Source of the DNA: Antedon mediterranea
Lineage: Eukaryota > Animalia > Echinodermata
NCBI RefSeq assembly: GCF_964355755.1
Contig: NC_092670.1
Location: forward strand, 23,856,795-23,920,794
Length of the DNA stretch: 64,000 nt
Direction: 5' to 3'
Both the position numbers and the translations under genes were made by a program. The stretch's first letter is position 1, and each line of letters opens with the position of its first letter. The notes under the pieces are model-generated. The model was not told the DNA's origin and ran no database searches. It was given only the letters and a program-made list of their open reading frames with translations. Shown in pieces: positions 1-13,838 of this stretch.

Positions 1-1387
1 TTAACAATCTTTACCTAAAGGATATTAAAGCAATATATAGGACAGACAGGTTCTGAACCTGTACGTCTAAAATGCCATGTCTTGCGATATATTAGAACCT
101 GGAAAGTTATATACCAAAGCGCGATTCCCACTATGCAAATTATGTACACGCAAATAATTTGACCAATCACAAGCGACAGAAAAAATAAAAAATTACATTG
201 CTTTTATGCTCTTTTTATTTCATCCTTAGTGGCAACTAAGCTTTAATCAAGTCATTTATTAATACTTTTTGAACACAAGTTGAATAACATGTTGAAGTAA
301 TGGTCTATTAACATCAAGACTTTTGTTAGTATCACTTACAGCCTTGCGTTCATCTATCCATAACATATGCAAAACTTGACATTTAGCTACTAATATAGCG
401 ATGATATTTGCTCTACACTTTCTACTATAGTATAAACTTTGTATACAAATTGATGAGTATAATCTAAAATTGTAAACATCGATGTATTACATTCCTTCTA
501 TTGAACATGGTAGTGTATTTAAAAATGGTTACCGGTACTTTAATTCGCAGCAGAGAATAATAAAAACTAAAGATGGCTCGAAATTTAACCAAACTAGCAA
601 TTTGTAGATTTTTTAATAATTGCAAGTTGAAAATTTCAGTAGTTACGTTAAGTCTAGTCTAGCAAATTCTTTTGTAGATTTTTTAAATTCCTATATTTCA
701 TATGCAAAAAGTACCTTATCACTGAAATCTATGGTTGTTGTAATATAGTGTGTTTGTGTTGTGTTGAAATAAATTAATGTAATAGGGTTACACACCCCAC
801 GGTGCCCTCAATTTCATGTACAAGTGTACATGCCATTTTATTATTTAAAGTTAATCAGGTTTCATCACCCTTTATCCCTCCTGTGCAAGTGTACTGTACA
901 TTTTTATTATTGACATCAGGTATGACTTGGTTTGTTAAATATCACTTACAATTTAATATCCATCTGTCTACAGTATAACAACTTATGCAGAAACTGACAT
1001 TTAGTTAAGTGTACAATACGGAACATCGAAGCAGACATGCAACATAATTAGTCAGTCACCGGAGAGTGCTTAGTAATAACTATCTATACTATGACCCATA
1101 TACTAAATACATATATAATAAAAATATATTGCATATAATAAAATAACAGTAATCTATCAAATATATGCAATTATTATTAAGTTGTGGTTTATTTAATAAT
1201 GGATATATAATAAAGCTCAGAAATCCATCTGTTTATTATTCATTGATCAGGAAATACATATTATTATTTAATAGTATTTAATAAACAAATTATCATAGCA
1301 AAGCAAAGTATAACTCAAAAGGTTGGAGACATATGTGTCTTGTCTATGGCATAAATATCTATGTAAACTTTCTACAGTATCTATGAC

Positions 1388-2602
1388 AAAATGCACACAC
1401 ACAATACTGTGGTATAGGGGACTAAAGATTGAGATCAAAACTACAAGTGAAACTTTCCTAGTATGTCAAACTCCTGAACAAACAGCAAGTAGTATGTAAA
1501 AAGTGAATTCCATCAGATACCAGATTCACACACACACACACACACAATACTGTGGTATAGGGGACTAAAGATTGAGATTTAAACTACAAGTGAAACTTGG
1601 GTGTCTAGAAAACTCAGATCTATAAAGATGTAGAAATCTAGATGTAGAAAAGTCAGATATCTGAGTTTTCTAGATCTAGAAAACTCAGATATCAATATCT
1701 GACTTTTCTAGTTCCAAAATGGAACTAGAAAACTCAGATCGTCAAATGATTGGTTGGTAGGTCATTTCATTATTAATCAGAAGGTAGAGTTTAAAACTGA
1801 TTACTGTGTAGGCCTATATTTTCTTACTAATAATAATAATTGTAACATGTAGAAGCGGCCTACGGCTTAAATCATAAAGAAAATACAGTGCATGTTACCG
1901 TTAAAATGTAGGCTTAAAAATTAGGTATGTACGAGTTGGTGTGGATACAAGTTGATTGAGGTACGAGTTAGCCAAGTGGGGAATATTTATGAGTTATTTT
2001 GGGTACGAGTTGACCACTTCTTGCCTAGTAGGGCAAGGCCTACTCTTTTTGATACATCGCGATAGCGCCTACACGTTAAGCTCTGAATTGAGTATGCTAA
2101 GCTAGGCCTAAATGCTAAGCCTACATTTTAAAAGGTGTATACTGTATTTCTTTATGATTTAGGTCGTAGGCTGCTACTACAAGTTACAATACTTATTATT
2201 ATTAGTAAAAAAACAAAATAATACTGTAGTATTTCAAACAAGCTACCCTCTAATAATAATGGAACGATCCATTTGATGATCTGGGTTTTCAAGTTCCATT
2301 TTGGAACTAGAAAACTCAGATATTGATATCCGAGTTTTCTAGATCTAGAAAAGTCAGATATCTGAGTTTTCTAGATCTGAGTTTTCTAGACACCCGTGAA
2401 ACTTGCCTAGTATGTCAAACCCTAGAACAAACAGCAAGTAGTATGTAAAACGTGAATTCCATCAGATATCAGATTCATAAAATGCACACACACAATACTG
2501 TGGTATAGGGGACTAAAGATTGAGATCAAAACTACAAGTGAAACTTGCCTAGTATGTCAAACTCTAGAACAAACAGCAAAAACATGAATTCCATCAGATA
2601 TC
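1388..2602. repeat. Three tandem copies of a ~140 bp unit; copy 2 interrupted by a transposon
   Basis: Unit cacacaatactgtggtataggggactaaagattgagat...caagtgaaactt(t/g)cctagtatgtcaaac...gaattccatcagata recurs at ~1388, ~1530 (split) and ~2479. Confidence 0.85.
1599..2395. mobile_element. Non-autonomous Mutator/MULE-like foldback element (797 bp)
   Basis: Long TIRs gggtgtctagaaaactcagatcta...tagatctgagttttctagacaccc, inverted over roughly 300 bp. Exact 9 bp TSD gtgaaactt at 1590-1598 and 2396-2404. The empty site is visible in neighbouring repeat copies. Confidence 0.9.
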
Positions 2603-5558
2603 TGGTTGTATGTTTGACTTTTAACATTAATTTAAATGAATGCTTGAATGATGAATGATGATGAATTGTTTCATAAAGGATCTGTTCAGGATATATAACA
2701 ACTTCCTTTATCATATCTGGACAAATATAGCACACCTCATGAATTAACAAATATGAAAGCTAACACTATTTTTTTATTAATTAAACATAGAAATATAAGA
2801 ACTAGATGACCAACTAGGCAAGGTGATGCTAACTGGATTGGGCAAAATGGTCGCCATATCTTCAAAACTATCATTTAGTATATATGTAAATATTGTTGCT
2901 GGGACTTCACTGTCTCTTTAGAAGCCCCAGACATTTTTTGTCAAACAAATAAATGAAATGAAATTATTATTATATAAAAAATATAACAATCTAAAATATG
3001 AAAAACCATATAAATCAGAAAACATAATTGAAAAAAAAAATACAGTTTTTAAATTCATTAATACATTTTAATTTAGTTTTGGTAACAGTTTTATATCAAT
3101 GTTTCACTTTAAAAGAAGTTTATAAGAAAAATTCTCCAATAATTTACTATAAATAATCCTTATTAACCTGCAGAAAGGATAGACATTCTAAAGGTTTGCA
3201 TAATTGCAAGTTTAACGAATGCAAAAGGTGACATGTACGCCCGCCGTCTGAACTAGATCAGAAGATTACAGTAAGTCATTTGCTATGCTGCTCAGCTGGA
3301 CTAAGCTAGGACTAGATTAGCGAGCGCCACAGAGGAATATTGCTACATCAATCAAATGGAAATAGTCATATTATGAGGTGCTTCATAGACTTCCACCATT
3401 TTGAAAATAAATTATTACCTGTAGATATGGTAATCAAATTTTATAACTAATATATTTTTAGAAGAAAGAAAGATATTTTCTAAATTAAATACAAAACTGT
3501 TCCCAACCCTAAAGTAAAATGTAAAATATATTTTTAGAAGAAGAGTGAAAAAGCAGAAAAGGAAAATGACTCCTGAAAAAAAAAAAGATTTATTCTGTAA
3601 GGGCATGTGGTGCAGTGGTTTATGTGCTATGTCTATAGACAGAATGGTGATAATATACACAAGTATAAAATGCAACATTCTCAGTCACCAAATATAATTT
3701 ATAAATATCATATAAGTTGCTTTCCTGTAAAACGAGGGAGAATATATATGTTTTAACACTATATAACCAAAACCTATATTCAATGGAACACCTCTATAAT
3801 AGGCACACTTGTGTCCCCTTAATAGAGGTTGTACTATGCTTTTCCAAACAAGTTTTATAATCATATTGGCTGAATAAATAATGTTTGTTTTAGATTTATG
3901 AGATAAGTTTAACAATAGGTTTATTGATTTTTTTTTACAAACAGCCATCACCTACATTTTCACACTTTTAAAATATTAATTCAGTCTATTGATATACAGG
4001 TAGAGCATATTGATCATCACTGTAATTGGTAAACATCACACCAGGAGCTAACACCATTGCTATTAATGTCACCACAACTTATGATGTTAAAATAGGTATT
4101 GACGACCGTGTATAATTATGTGTCGGTGTGAATTATTAATTGACTAATAATTTCATGCATGAATAATTAAGTAATCAAGCGCAACAACTACTGTACTGTA
4201 TGCAGAGGAATTGGAAGCAATGTAAATTAATTCATGCTCAGAGCCAATTCATTTCCTCTAATATGTTCTTGGTGGACCAATTTGTTAAATAATGGTGTGT
4301 AAAACATTTTTTTTTAAATTGGGAACAAATAAAAAGGTTACATTTTATCATAATTTTTGTAACCCAAATTCAAGAAAATACATTCTGAGCAGAAGATACA
4401 CACACGGTTTAACCAGTAATTTACTTTCAGAAACTGACCCTATGCAATATGTGGCACCTTGTGATTGACATGCTTGTTTACTTGGGGTACTGGGTTCAAA
4501 TCCAGTAATTCCAGGTGTTTTCCGATGCCCAAGATTCATAGGGGACTTGGATTAGAAAAAATGGCTTTCCTATAGTAACTAGTGCATGCTATGTTTTTTC
4601 CATTTGATAGTGTGATTTAATAATAAAAAAGAGTAAAATATCTGCTTATTAAGCAAACAGTTAATGAAAGAAAATGTTTCTGTAATTTAAGGAAAAATTC
4701 AATTTATGACAAAATAATTAGTAAATATTAGAATAGTAAATATATTTTGACGCAAACAATTTTTGCACACTGGCTAATGAATTTAGCCAAGTTGATTAAT
4801 GCGTCGCTCCGTAGGATTAATTGTAAACTGCACTTTGAGCAAATCTTACTCAAGGTCGCAGAAATGCCAATGAAATGTGCGTTAAAACGCTGGAGGAGTT
4901 TGATCACGTTTTCCATCGTAACCGTAGGTTTGTGATAAATTAAGACTAGGCAAAACGACAGGTAAAAATACTTGAAATTGTAAAGAGCTTCCAAATATGA
5001 GAGTTCGACCTTGAACAAAATAGTGTGTTGTAGGGTTTTTTTTTTTTATACAATTTGAGTTTTAATAGAAAATAGGGTAATACAAGGTGGGGTTGAAGAA
5101 CTCAAACCTATAAGACAGCATTTGCAAACAGAAGTATTTGTAGACTAACCAGAGCTAGCTATATGCAAGAAAGACAACACTATTTACTGGTGTTTTCCAC
5201 ATCCAAATTGGCAGTGTTGGTTTTAAAGTTATAAGCAAATAATAATGTTAATAATATCTTACTTAAAATACAATAATTCTAATTTAGTTGTACCTTGAAG
5301 AAAAATTGTCTTTAAATAAAGGAGTTTAAAATCCATTGTTACAAATTAAAATTGTGTTTGCATTTAATAAAACAGTGTTTACTCTCATAATTTTCAACAA
5401 AAATAATATATTTTGAAAGACCAATATAATATAATAGATTTGATGAGTACTATTAATGTATTGTGATTGAACATATGCAGTGAATAATTTATTTTAAAAT
5501 AACTCAATAACATGATGGTGTACAAAACAAATTGTATTGAAAACCATTGCTTTAATAT

Positions 5559-6275
5559 CTTTATGAATATGCATGAGTTCAAGCAAACCACTTTGCATAA
5601 TAGACAACGCTTGCGATGACAGCACACACCATTTAAAAAAAAAATAAATATCTTTATGAATATGCATGAGTTCAAGCAAACCACTTTGCATAATAAAGAC
5701 AACACTTGTGTTTCAATTTTTTTTCCTGCAATATATACTTATGAATTTGAATTAGTTTATATGAATGCAATATGCTTCATATTAAATGAAGACAACGCTT
5801 GCGATGATATCGCACCAGATTTTTTCAATTGTATTGCTTCAATATACTTTATGAATATGCATGAGGTCAAGCTAACCACTTCGCATAATAGACAACGCTT
5901 GCGATGACAGCACACACCATGTTTTTTAAAAATTGTATTGCTTCAATATACTTTATGAATATGCATGAAGTCAAGCAAACCACTTTGCATAATGAAGACA
6001 ACGCTTACGATGACGGCACACACCATATTTTTTTAATTGTATTGCTTCAATATACGTTATGAATATACATGAGGTCAAGCAAACCACTTTGCATAAACGA
6101 AGACAGTTTTTTCAATTGCATTGCTTCAATATACTTTATGAATATGCATGAGTTCAAGCAAAATACTTTGCATAATAATAAAACACTTAGGTTTCAATTT
6201 GTTTTCCTGAAATATACTTTATGAATATGCATGAGTTTATATGAATGCAATATGCTTGCGGTAACAGCACACACA
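5559..6275. repeat. Degenerate minisatellite, units ~90-115 bp
   Basis: Core ctttatgaatatgcatgag(t/g)tcaagcaaaccactttgcataat...gacaacgcttgcgatgacagcacacacc is repeated about 7 times. Confidence 0.85.
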
Positions 6276-6639
6276 GTAATTAGTTATACCAAGAAAAATT
6301 GTATCACTAATTATATGTCACAGAAAAGTGGTCATTGATTTGGTAGGTATTTTAGATAGAGGAAAGAGCTATATAATATTGCCCTTAATATTATGCGTTA
6401 ATCTAGTACTACAGAAGTAAACGGTAGGCCTAATTGGAAGGACTTTTTAATAAAAATTTTAGAAGGAAAACAAAAGGCTATACAGTGTTATAAATTTCCA
6501 GATTTTAAAATACCCTAGATGTTAAGCCACAAATGCAGACATTAAACAGTAGGAAATATAACAGGGAATAAGGAAGACTTATATTGAAATCCCTCGATAT
6601 AGATATGAGTTAAAAAAAAATTGCCATGTTTACCATTTA

Positions 6640-7298
6640 CCGTAATGACGCGGGTATAAGCCCACCCCCCTTGAACATGAAATCACGTCAAGTTTTGGGG
6701 TGGGCTTATACCCGAAGATCAAAAAATGCAGATCGTCAAAAACAGCACATGTACACTGTGTATTCCACCATGTGAGTGAGCGCCCTCACGTGTACGACGT
6801 TGCCTCTAAATACATGAGGTTTAGAGTGTCGGAAAATTAAGCTTATAGTTTGTGTAATTTATCGTAGAATATCTTATTTTAAACATCAATTGAACAAGAA
6901 TTTATCAAGCAAGTATACAATGTTCGTTAAATAGAAATGTACCAAAGAAATTTAATAAGCTTGTTTCATGGCAGCCGATACCAAATAGTGGTTTTCCGTT
7001 TTGGCGACTTGTAGCGTCGTGTGTGAAGCGATCTTCGACCGCGATGGAGTGTAAACAAAACAGGACCGCTAGGCCTCATATGGCCTAGCGTATATTAGCC
7101 TAGCTTGGTTATGATCAAAGGTAGGTGTATTCGGTGTATGGACGTCGCCAAATACAAAATAATGTATTACGACACACACTGTAGATATTCGAATTAATGG
7201 GTGGGCTTATACCCGAGTGCCTCATTTTTCATGAAAATTAGTCAAAAGTCGGGGGTGGGCTTATACCCGAGTATGGGCTTATACCCGCGTCAGTACGG
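6640..7298. mobile_element. Tc1/mariner-superfamily (Tc2/pogo-like) MITE
   Basis: TA|CCGTAatgacgcgggtataagccca ... tgggcttatacccgcgtcagTACGG|TA. TA TSD; subterminal gggcttatacccg motif repeated. Confidence 0.85.
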
Positions 7299-9034
7299 TA
7301 GTAGGAATCATTAATTAAAAATTAAGCGATACGAGTATTTCAAACACTTATTTTTTTCAATACAAAAATAACAATAGCAGCATACACCATAAGTTTGCAT
7401 AAAGCATCTGTCTATTGTGATATCAAATAAACTAAATGACCTTTGGTATATTAATACTATATTTACATAATAAACAACAAATGCATTCCACTTTAATCAC
7501 GGATATTAATACAGTACACTGTCAGTCTCATTGTTATTAAAGCCATTTTAATTATACAAGGTACAGATTGAAATGCTGTTTAATAAAAGAAAAACACTTG
7601 CAAGAGAATGATATTGTAAGAAAAAACAGAGCAAGGTTCTTTAAAAGCAAGCCTGGATTTTTACATAGGGAATTCATATTTTTAACGAAAGGGGCAGAAA
7701 TCATGGGCAAGGCTAGTTTAGGCTTGTTTATCATCACATCTGCTGGCACTAGTCCCTTGTTTGAAAAGAGCACCTCGTTCGAACCCTCGATCCCCCTGGC
7801 TACAGGCTGAAATAGTATGCCTAGTGGTGGTTGCTATGATGTAAATATAAAAACTACTGCAACACCGCAAAAATGATTCACCATGGAGGACTCTGCAAAA
7901 TGGATGCAGAAATTGGTTATAAAGATAGGTCAGTTTGAAGGGACGCACACTACACTATGACTGCGTAGAGCGTACATATCTAATTTTATTGATATTCAAC
8001 AGTTCATTTTATAAAAACTTTACAGACTGTATTAAAAAAAATATATGCTGATTAGTGTGGTTCTTATATTCATAATATTTTAGGTTAATATTTTTTTTGA
8101 ATAGTTTAGTTATTTTTTAATAGTATACAGCCGCAATAGCTATTTTTTTCAAACATGCCCTGTTGGCTTTTTTCGCTGTCGCCTAGTTCAATATCTAATT
8201 CTTATACTACATATGGTGGGACACGCCCATTTTTGCCAATAGAATAGATATCTTCTATTTGATAAAGTAATCAATATGATTTTTTTTAGGTGTTATATAT
8301 GCCAGTACCGGAGGACCTATAAATAATTAAATTGATCTAGTGTTCAATAACACTCAATCAGACACTATCATTTTCTATATATATATCTAAAATTTACAAA
8401 ATTAGGTCCACCAAAAAAAAAATCAACTCTAAATGTTTTCCTATACACTTGGGCTATCTATTTACAATTTCATCGATGTCACATCAAATGTCCAGTTTAT
8501 TGCAAAATTTGTACAGTATAGTAGTTCAATAGTAATTAGAAAATGAATGTCAAATTGGTATATCCTTGGCATATTATAACTTAATTTAAATGGACAACCA
8601 GCAACTACAAATGATACCTGATAGGACCAACTGTCATTGACACTTATTGTTACCATAGATAGATTTTACAAATAATATTTATTTTACAATGGTAAATTAA
8701 ATCTAAGGGTCAATTAAATGGACAACAGATATAATATAAATTTATATTGCTGAAAAGATATTTATTATTTTTGGTTTTTGTATTCCTATCAAATCACAAC
8801 TTGTTGTGCTGCATAGGCAAATTTGACCTTAACAGTAAAATAGAATTTTTTTAAAACAACACTTGTATACTTGTTGATTGATTTGAAAAAAAAATGCAAC
8901 AAGCTTGTCAATTAAATGATGGGTTACAAACTTGTTCTTTCTTTTAACCGACATTTGCTGCAATGAGAAAAAGTCTGGTACTATGACAAAGGCTGTATCA
9001 TCCGCCATCTTGCAGAACAAACTAGAAGAAGATC

Positions 9035-9905
9035 TAATACTGGAGAGGAGTGCCACAAGGGATCTGTGCCAACTTGCAGTAAATCAAGAAGAACGAGCTC
9101 TATTACAGGTTAGGAGTGCCATGAGAGACCTGCAATAACTTGTGAAACACTCAAATACAGCTCTATTACTGGAGGGGAGTGTCATCAAGGATCTACAACA
9201 AACTTGCATTAAATCAAGAAGAAAGAGCTCTATTACTGGAGAGGAGTGCCATCAAGGATGTGCAACATACTTGCATTAAATCAAGAAGAAAGAGCTCTAT
9301 TACTGGAGAGGAGTGCCATCAAGGATGTACAACAAACTTGCATTAAATCAAGAAGAAAGAGCTCTATTACTGGAGAGGAGTGCCATCAAGGATGTGCAAC
9401 ATACTTGCATTAAATCAAGAAGAAAGAGCTCTATTACAGGAGAGGAGTGCCATCAAGGATGTACAACAAACTTGCATTAAATCAAGAACAAAGAGCTCTA
9501 TTACTGGAGAGGAGTGCCATCAAGGATGTGCCACATACTTGCATTAAATCAAGAAGAAAGAGCTCTATTACAGGAGAGGAGTGCCATCAAGGATCTGCAA
9601 CATACTTGCATTAAATCAAGAAGAGCTCTATTACTATTAAAGGAGTGTCATCAAGGATCTGCAACAAACTTGCAAAAGAAGAAGGAGCTCTATTACTGGA
9701 CAGGAGTGCCATCAAAGATCTGCAACAAACTTGCATTGAATTAAAAAGAAAGAGCTCTATTACTAGAGAGGAGTGCCATCAAGGATCTGCAACAAACTTG
9801 CATTAAATCAAGAAGAAAGAGCTCTATTACTGGAGAGGAGTGCCATCAAGGATGTGCAACATACTTGCATTAAATCAAAAGAAAGAGCTCTGTTACTGAA
9901 GTGTC
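9035..9905. repeat. 67 bp tandem minisatellite, ~13 copies
   Basis: gagctctattactggagaggagtgccatcaaggat... recurs at 9225, 9292, 9359, 9426 (period 67). The ORFs here are repeat translations that shift frame. Confidence 0.95.
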
Positions 9906-12088
9906 ATGGTACCTGCAATAATTTGCAACACCAAGCTCATACCAGAGAGGAGCACCAAGAGAGATAAGATTTTAAGAAGAAAATCAACTTACATCAGAGT
10001 CAGCACCCTTATCTCCACCTGGGCACTTGAAGGTGACAAATTCATGGCATCTTTTGTGGACTACAAAACAACACACTGGAAAGATAAAAACATGATTATT
10101 ATTCTTCAAATCCAATTAAAGCTTCTTAATTCTCTTTGTAGTGGTGAAGCAGAGCAAGATGAACGATCACACACACACACACACAACATCAGACATTTTG
10201 ATGATGTCAATCAAACATAGCAAATGTAGCGATTATATGGAGACCATAGAGTGTTTCGTCGCATTTTTTTAAAACAACAGTATATTATGGTAATAATAAT
10301 CATCATATAATTATTCATGAAAATATGTATTAACAATACACTGGAATGCATTGGAATGCATTGGAATGGAATATGATGAATATATGCAAACTCAGTGATT
10401 GAAATCTACAGTTTGAAAAGATTATTGATTTTTTATATGATTTACATGCATTTTATGTATTAGTTATTTTCAAAATTAATTAATGAATTGCATGGTCTTA
10501 CATAAAGATCTTGCCTAAAGAATTACTAGCCAACAAATAATTATCTTGACAATGATATTTTTTGGTTTGATTTTTATTAGTTTTTTAACTACAGTAGGGA
10601 TTAATTCTCCTTTACACAATAAAATACTGCATAAAAAACCCCAAGAAATTGAAAAAATTTTGAATTTTCTTCATAATTTAAACGAGTATCATCTCTTAAT
10701 AACCAGGATTGTCATTAATATGTTAAATTCAGTTGATGCAGTAATTGGATTAATTATAACTATACCTGAATGAGTCACAAAGTGTAAATCTAGTGTTCAT
10801 TAGCAATTGGGATATTGCAGAAATATTTAAATAATGATTGTTCAGTGAACGTATTACACAATCAAAAGCATAGGAGAGCATAAGTAACTGTAACTAACAC
10901 AAACATTAATTTTACTGACATTATTTGATTGACTATTCGGTTATAATCATTACTGACTCGAAATCGATAAGGACGGGATTTAATTTTGTCAACATGATCA
11001 AACGAAGCATATGGAAAATCAACAAACACTCTGTCACGCAACATGTTTATCGTTGTATGCAACACCAAAGAAATTCTATTCATCTAGCCTACAATTTAAC
11101 ATTATGATGGTCTATGAATTATGATAATAAAAGAAATATGGCAAAAATGTGACTTTAATCACTCAGTAGCCTGCAGTACAACCCCTCCTTCAACCCTGTA
11201 ATTATTCAGATGCCACCCTGTTAACAGAATGCTTTCTAGTGCAAAATAAACTAGGGGAAATATGGTACTTTATGAACGCTTTATAAGTGCCTACAAGTAT
11301 GTTTAAATTAAGAGGATGTACTTCAATAGCTTGTTGGGCTCTCAAACAAGCTTGTATTTCACTTCCCAAGATTCTAATCTTTTACATTTTTTTTGAATTA
11401 AAAAGTATACACTAAAGATTTGTTCAATGTTATATAAAATTGAAATTTCAGTTTTAATTTCAAAAGTTGGTATTTGTTGTGGAAATTAGATTTTAAAAAA
11501 ACATACAAACTTCTACTATACTTTATTTATCACTGTAAAACAGAGTGATGGAAGATACCATTGTCTTGGAGGGGAATCCTTAAAATGTTATATTACTTTT
11601 TGAGTTATGTTCTCCTTATGTTGTTTTATTCAAGTAAGCCAGGCACGAAATAATTAAATATTAATTATGTTAAATGCAGGTGAAATATTAAAACTATCAA
11701 TAACTTGCTAATCTACTGATTTATATTGTCATTTTTGCATAAAGATAAAAACCAATGATCTGCAGGAAATGAATCAAAGTACAGGTGGTTACCATGGTAT
11801 TTTTGGAATAAAAATTGAGGTTATTTATGGAAAAAATAAAGTATAATGGCCGAATTTTACAATCAACTTTCTGTCATCTCATATTTTGATCAACAGAGGG
11901 TGTCAAAGCACATGATTTCATTCAATCCTTTTCATAGTGCTAGTTTTAATATGCATTATACCTAGATTTATAGGTTGTTTAGTATTATTATATAGTCCAA
12001 TGACTAACAAATTAGGACCTGTTACCTGTAGTTACCTAACTTGACCAGGCCTAACTGTAAGAGCTGATATTCATTTGTTAATACCTAC

Positions 12089-12123
12089 CTTGACACTGTA
12101 ATCCCTGTCGGCCAACCACGCCC
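12089..12123 (-). CDS. PRKCA/B-like: Conventional protein kinase C, coding exon 2 (C1a domain; (W)GVVGRQGLQCQ(V))
   Basis: Minus strand tccttttcttctttcag|G GGC GTG GTT GGC CGA CAG GGA TTA CAG TGT CAA G|gtaggt. It completes the Trp codon split at the end of exon 1 and matches the short second exon of cPKC genes. Confidence 0.9.
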
Positions 12124-13089
12124 CTGAAAGAAGAAAAGGACAATCTATTAAATAATATGTAGGTTAATAGTTGTGGCCATCTTTAATATAATTTACCCCT
12201 GCAGTAGTCAGAATCCCATTAAAAAAAAAAAGTATCTACTACAAGATTTAATAAAGGTTAAAGTATGACTATCGTCTAGGCATTTTCCAACTAGATACCT
12301 TTATTTGAACAGCTCATATTTTATGCATTGTTGCAACTAAAAACCTTCAATTTGAACAACATGTGACCATTGCTTTTTTTTAAGGGAAAGAAAGGAAAGG
12401 AAATGCCTTGGGAAAGAACAAAACAACATACAAATGACTTTTAGTAGTAACTTTAAATAATTTCTTTAAATACGATTGCTTCCGCTGATAATGCTTAAAA
12501 GACAGAAGAAGTTGGCAATTGTCTTATACCCAGTAGTCATAATAATAATATATATTTTCTATGACGTATATATTTATTTGTTAGAGTTCCAAGTACTTTA
12601 TACACACTCTGTATTATACTGCTATTAAATGCAAGACCACAATATCCTTGATTTAATATACAAACTATAGTTGAGTATAAATTGGTATACAATAGGTGAA
12701 ATGATTATTACCACAATACTATAGTTGGTATTTAAGCTTCACTGACTTTATTTGTTAAGTTAATCCTAGCATTCAAGTATTGGTATGTTTGCACAACAGG
12801 ACACCTTGCTGGGGTTCTAATTTTTAAAACATATAGCCATTGTGTTTGAAGAACCTTTTCTACAATTTTGGAACACAATTTCAAGCAAATTCGCAAATAA
12901 AAATGGACAATGTTGATATTAATCACAATAAATTTGGTAAAAGACTGTACAAGTTACAAAATAAACAACCAAAAGTGATATTTGTAGTCTATAAGTACCA
13001 TTTAATCAACACTTCCTCCTCCCCACTTGACAAGCATATCCTCCTAAACGGTAAGGTATTTATGGAAACAGTGGCCCACCAGAGAGAAA

Positions 13090-13838
13090 TTTGTTCTTAC
13101 TAGATTATGAAGAGTATTATTAATTCAGTCGAATATTCAACTAATAATATATATTTTATCACAATAAAATATAAAAAAATCTTTTTGTGTATGTAGATTA
13201 AAAAAATTGAGAAAAATGGGTGTGAACAGACACTACCACTGTCTTGGAGGTGCAATTTTAATATTTTCAATTCAATTCAATTCAAAGCAACATTTATTTT
13301 CTCCTTTCATATACAAAATAGATTTCAGTAATCAATAAATATGTAAACAAAATTTCGAAAGAAGAAGGTACACGCCCAGAAAGATGAAAAACACATCTTG
13401 TGGAGGACGTACCTATTACAGACACAGACAATGAAAATTTATAAAATAAAAAAAATATAAAAATAAAAAAAAAAAAAAATAAATAAAAAAAAAAAAATAA
13501 ATAAATAAAAAAAAAAAATAAATAAAAAAATTTGTATTACTTTTTGGTCATGTTCATGTTCTATTCAGATGTTATCAAATTCCAAATGTGTGCTATTAAC
13601 ACCCCTATCCATTAATTGAATTAGTCCACAAACGACACATTCATATAAACAACCAACATTTCGAAATATAAAATGTTCACATACCAATATTTGAATGCCC
13701 CCATTTTTCTCAATTTTTTGAATCTACATAATGTACACAAAAAGATTTTGTTAAACTTTATTGTGGTAAAATATATATTATTAGTTAAATATTCGACTGA
13801 ATTAATAATACTCTTCATATTAAATCTAAGAACAAATT
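13090..13838. repeat. Pair of ~135 bp diverged inverted repeats (13090-13220 / 13699-13838) around an A-rich tract
   Basis: atgaagagtattattaattcagtcgaatatt...attgagaaaaatggg is reverse-complemented at 13699-13838. No TSD identified. Confidence 0.7.

Noticed and set aside
4450-4510. tRNA-like segment with B-box ggttcaaatcc
   Set aside because: No convincing cloverleaf; at most a decayed SINE head.
9035-9967. Repeat-protein ORFs or a CRISPR-like array
   Set aside because: The period of 67 is not a multiple of 3 and there are no unique spacers; a simple minisatellite. The same applies to the arrays at 5559-6275 and 26741-27410.
1-12000. PKC exon 3 ([11 protein letters not shown]) expected downstream of exon 2
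   Set aside because: Not found by eye on the minus strand; presumably beyond the window edge. ORF 2532-2750 does not match it.
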